Below, one piece after another: positions 61,752 through 64,000 of a stretch of 64,000 nt of DNA. The position numbers were made by a program, and so were the translations under genes. The notes beneath the pieces were generated by a model. The model did no database searches, was not told where the DNA came from, and worked only from the letters and a program-made list of their open reading frames with translations. This DNA comes from Neophaeotheca triangularis (Eukaryota). The first letter of the stretch is position 1, and every line of letters starts with the position of its first letter. The DNA is taken from positions 1 to 64,000 of the forward strand of contig BAAIJX010000011.1 in assembly GCA_054600435.1 (NCBI GenBank), given 5' to 3'.

Positions 61752-62893
61752 ATGCTCATAGGTATCTGTGGCTGTAAGTATTCATTCAAGCATCCCACTC
61801 TATCTCTCACTCACTAACCCAGTTCCTAGCTCTGTGCGCCGGAAGGACCTCAGTGCAACAATTTTTGATCAAAGAGTACGGCTTCACGCCCCTGGAGATT
61901 GGCAGGCCAGTTCAGGACATCCCGTTCGAAGGCAAGACCCCTCCATTGCCCTCCCATGGCAGAGATCCTCGAAGCCACGTCTTCCAAACAGTCGATGATC
62001 TCCTCAATTACGCTACCCAGTCATGGCAAACCAACTACTGCACCACCTCCATAAGCTCGGCCTCGATAGCAGAAACCTTAAGCCACAGACCCTGGTTTCT
62101 GCTCGTGCACATAGACGCTCCGCTGTCAGTCCGATGGAAGAGGCACTGCCAACGCTCCAAAGACCTGGCCAAGATCAACGCCCAGTCACTCGCAAACACA
62201 GACTCCTTCTCCTCGGAAGAAGTCACCTTAGAACGCTTCGTCTCAATCAACGACAGTCACCTCTACGACCCGACAGCCCAACGAGCCTCTCTAGCCTCCC
62301 ACGCGCACCTCCAACTCCTCAATACCGCCCCCTCGCTCCCAACCCTGCACCAACACCTCCGCGCCCTCAACCTCCCGGACTCCGCCCGCCTCCGCCCGAC
62401 CTGGGACCACTACTTCATGACCCTCGCCAGCCTGGCCAGCAAACGCAGCAACTGCATGCGGCGCCGAGTCGGCTGCGTGCTAATCCGCAACAACCGCGTC
62501 ATCAGCACCGGCTACAACGGCACACCGCGGAACGTGGTAAACTGCAACTCCGGCGGGTGCCCGAGGTGCAACTCGGCGGCTTCGACAGCCGGCGGCGCCG
62601 CGCTGGCTACGTGTCTCTGCTTGCACGCCGAGGAGAATGCTTTGCTGGAAGCGGGTAGGGAGAGGATTGGCAACGAGGCGGTGCTGTATTGTGATACTTG
62701 TCCGTGTTTGACGTGTAGTATCAAGATTGTGCAGGTGGGGATTGGGGAGGTGGTTTTTAGCAAGGGGTATTATATGGATGAGGCAAGTGCGAGGATCTTC
62801 AAGGAGGCTGGGGTTAGGTTGAGGCAGTTTAGTCCCGTTAAGGAGGGATTGGTGGTTTTGGGGGAGTTGGGGGAGGGCGTGCCGGGGGTTTGA
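61752..62893 (+). CDS. DCD1: dCMP deaminase with N-terminal kinase-like domain, 2 exons
   Basis: RPTWDHYFM, RSNCMRRRVG, TGYNGTP, CLCLHAEENAL and PCLTC; exon 1 MLIGICG, intron ~61774-61829. Confidence 0.94.
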
Positions 62894-63753
62894 GGATAGT
62901 ACTGCTTTCGATCTCTATGGTGGTTTGGGGAGCTGGGAGGAGAGGGGTTCTCGTTGGTTCGCTGTGTGCTGGCATTGCGGTAGGGCGAGCTCGTAAGGCA
63001 TGCATTGACGAGACACCAAGCGTGCTGTGAAACCACAGTGTGGCCAGCGACAGCCGCTTCCTGGTCTGGGATTTATGGACTGTCAATACTGGAACTGCCC
63101 GCTAGACCAACTTGGCTTTCCCACAGTCCGGGCCTCAAGCCGTCGAAGGCGTCGAGAACGCCCTTAAAAAACCTCCAATGTCCAACACACAAAAGATACC
63201 CGGTTCCCGGTTTGTGGATGGCATGCATATGAGACAAGGCTGGGCATTCGAGCAGAGGTGACTTGAACGGCATCGACCTGAGAGCTGCCGCTGTGGTAGA
63301 TCCGGCGCAGCGAGGGCGCTTTTGTCGCCGGCTTTCGATGTATGAATGGGGCTATGTGTGAGATAGGCTGAATGCCCTGATATTGGATGAATGAGCGCAG
63401 GCTGGGTATATAGCCTGTAGTTAGCAGTAGGATGGTCTCATGCCTCGTTAGCTTTTTCAAGGCATCAGTATTTCCATGCGTTGTGCTCAACCTCTCGCAG
63501 CGAGTACAAGATGGATTGATAAAGGAAAGTCCATCGGATAAGATCCGGACGCATATCCCGCCATGGATCGGGAGTAGGAAAGTCAAGGGCGTTGGAAAGA
63601 GGAGTCGTGTACACGCTTCAGCCGGAGCTCGCTACGTAAAACGCTACACAGCCTCGCACATGCACACCGGCAACCGCCTTCCTCCACCACCACAACCGCT
63701 GCCAAAATAGACGCCGTATGGTATTCCCCCACATCCGTTCCGCATCGATACGC

Positions 63754-64000
63754 TTAGAACACAAGGGCGGCACCCTTGGTCTTCTTGTCACCACTGTAGA
63801 GAGTGTTAGTATCCATATCTTCCGCATCTTGATGGAGATGGTCTTGTGTAGTGTGATGGCATACCCCAACTCGAAGTGCTTGCAACGCTTAAGCGCCAGC
63901 TGGGCCTTGGTCTTGCAGGCAGTGCATTCTAACCGCAGCACGACCTTCTTGGTCGTCTTGGCTTTCTTGTGGAAGACGGGCTTAGTTTGACCACCGTATC
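63754..64000 (-). CDS. RPL42: 60S ribosomal protein eL42 (L42/L44), 3' part; runs off the window
   Basis: [27 protein letters not shown]…[21 protein letters not shown]; Pro at the position corresponding to the cycloheximide-sensitive allele. Confidence 0.96.

Overview
Gene-dense euchromatic region of a filamentous ascomycete. Short GT-AG introns with CTRAC/CTAAY branch points and a dispersed 5S rRNA gene support this; a Dothideomycete-like origin is my inference. I can model about 23 protein genes: NIF3, BolA, PRP6, a medium-chain acyl-CoA synthetase, a Zn2Cys6 transcription factor, NEDD8/RUB1, MPE1, ERV1, HEM4, an RWD protein, a Fus3/Kss1 (PMK1-type) MAPK, a yellow/MRJP protein, AYG1, hexokinase, the ATPase inhibitor, GYP1, HRP1, ATG7, DCD1, partial RPL42 and several hypotheticals. 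There are also two or three degraded gene relics and several simple repeats. I found no intact transposon, CRISPR array or biosynthetic cluster. The most interesting signals are post-transcriptional. HRP1 has a 1426-nt intron that begins with an in-frame stop. MPE1 has a 722-nt AUG-free upstream region. A small protein carries a TTDN1/MPLKIP-like C-terminal motif and is followed in frame by a second spliced ORF. Other candidates are stacked uORFs before the Zn2Cys6 gene, an SreA-type GATA cluster in the NIF3/BolA bidirectional promoter, and a dynamin-like GTPase pseudogene. All family assignments come from motif recognition, not database searches.
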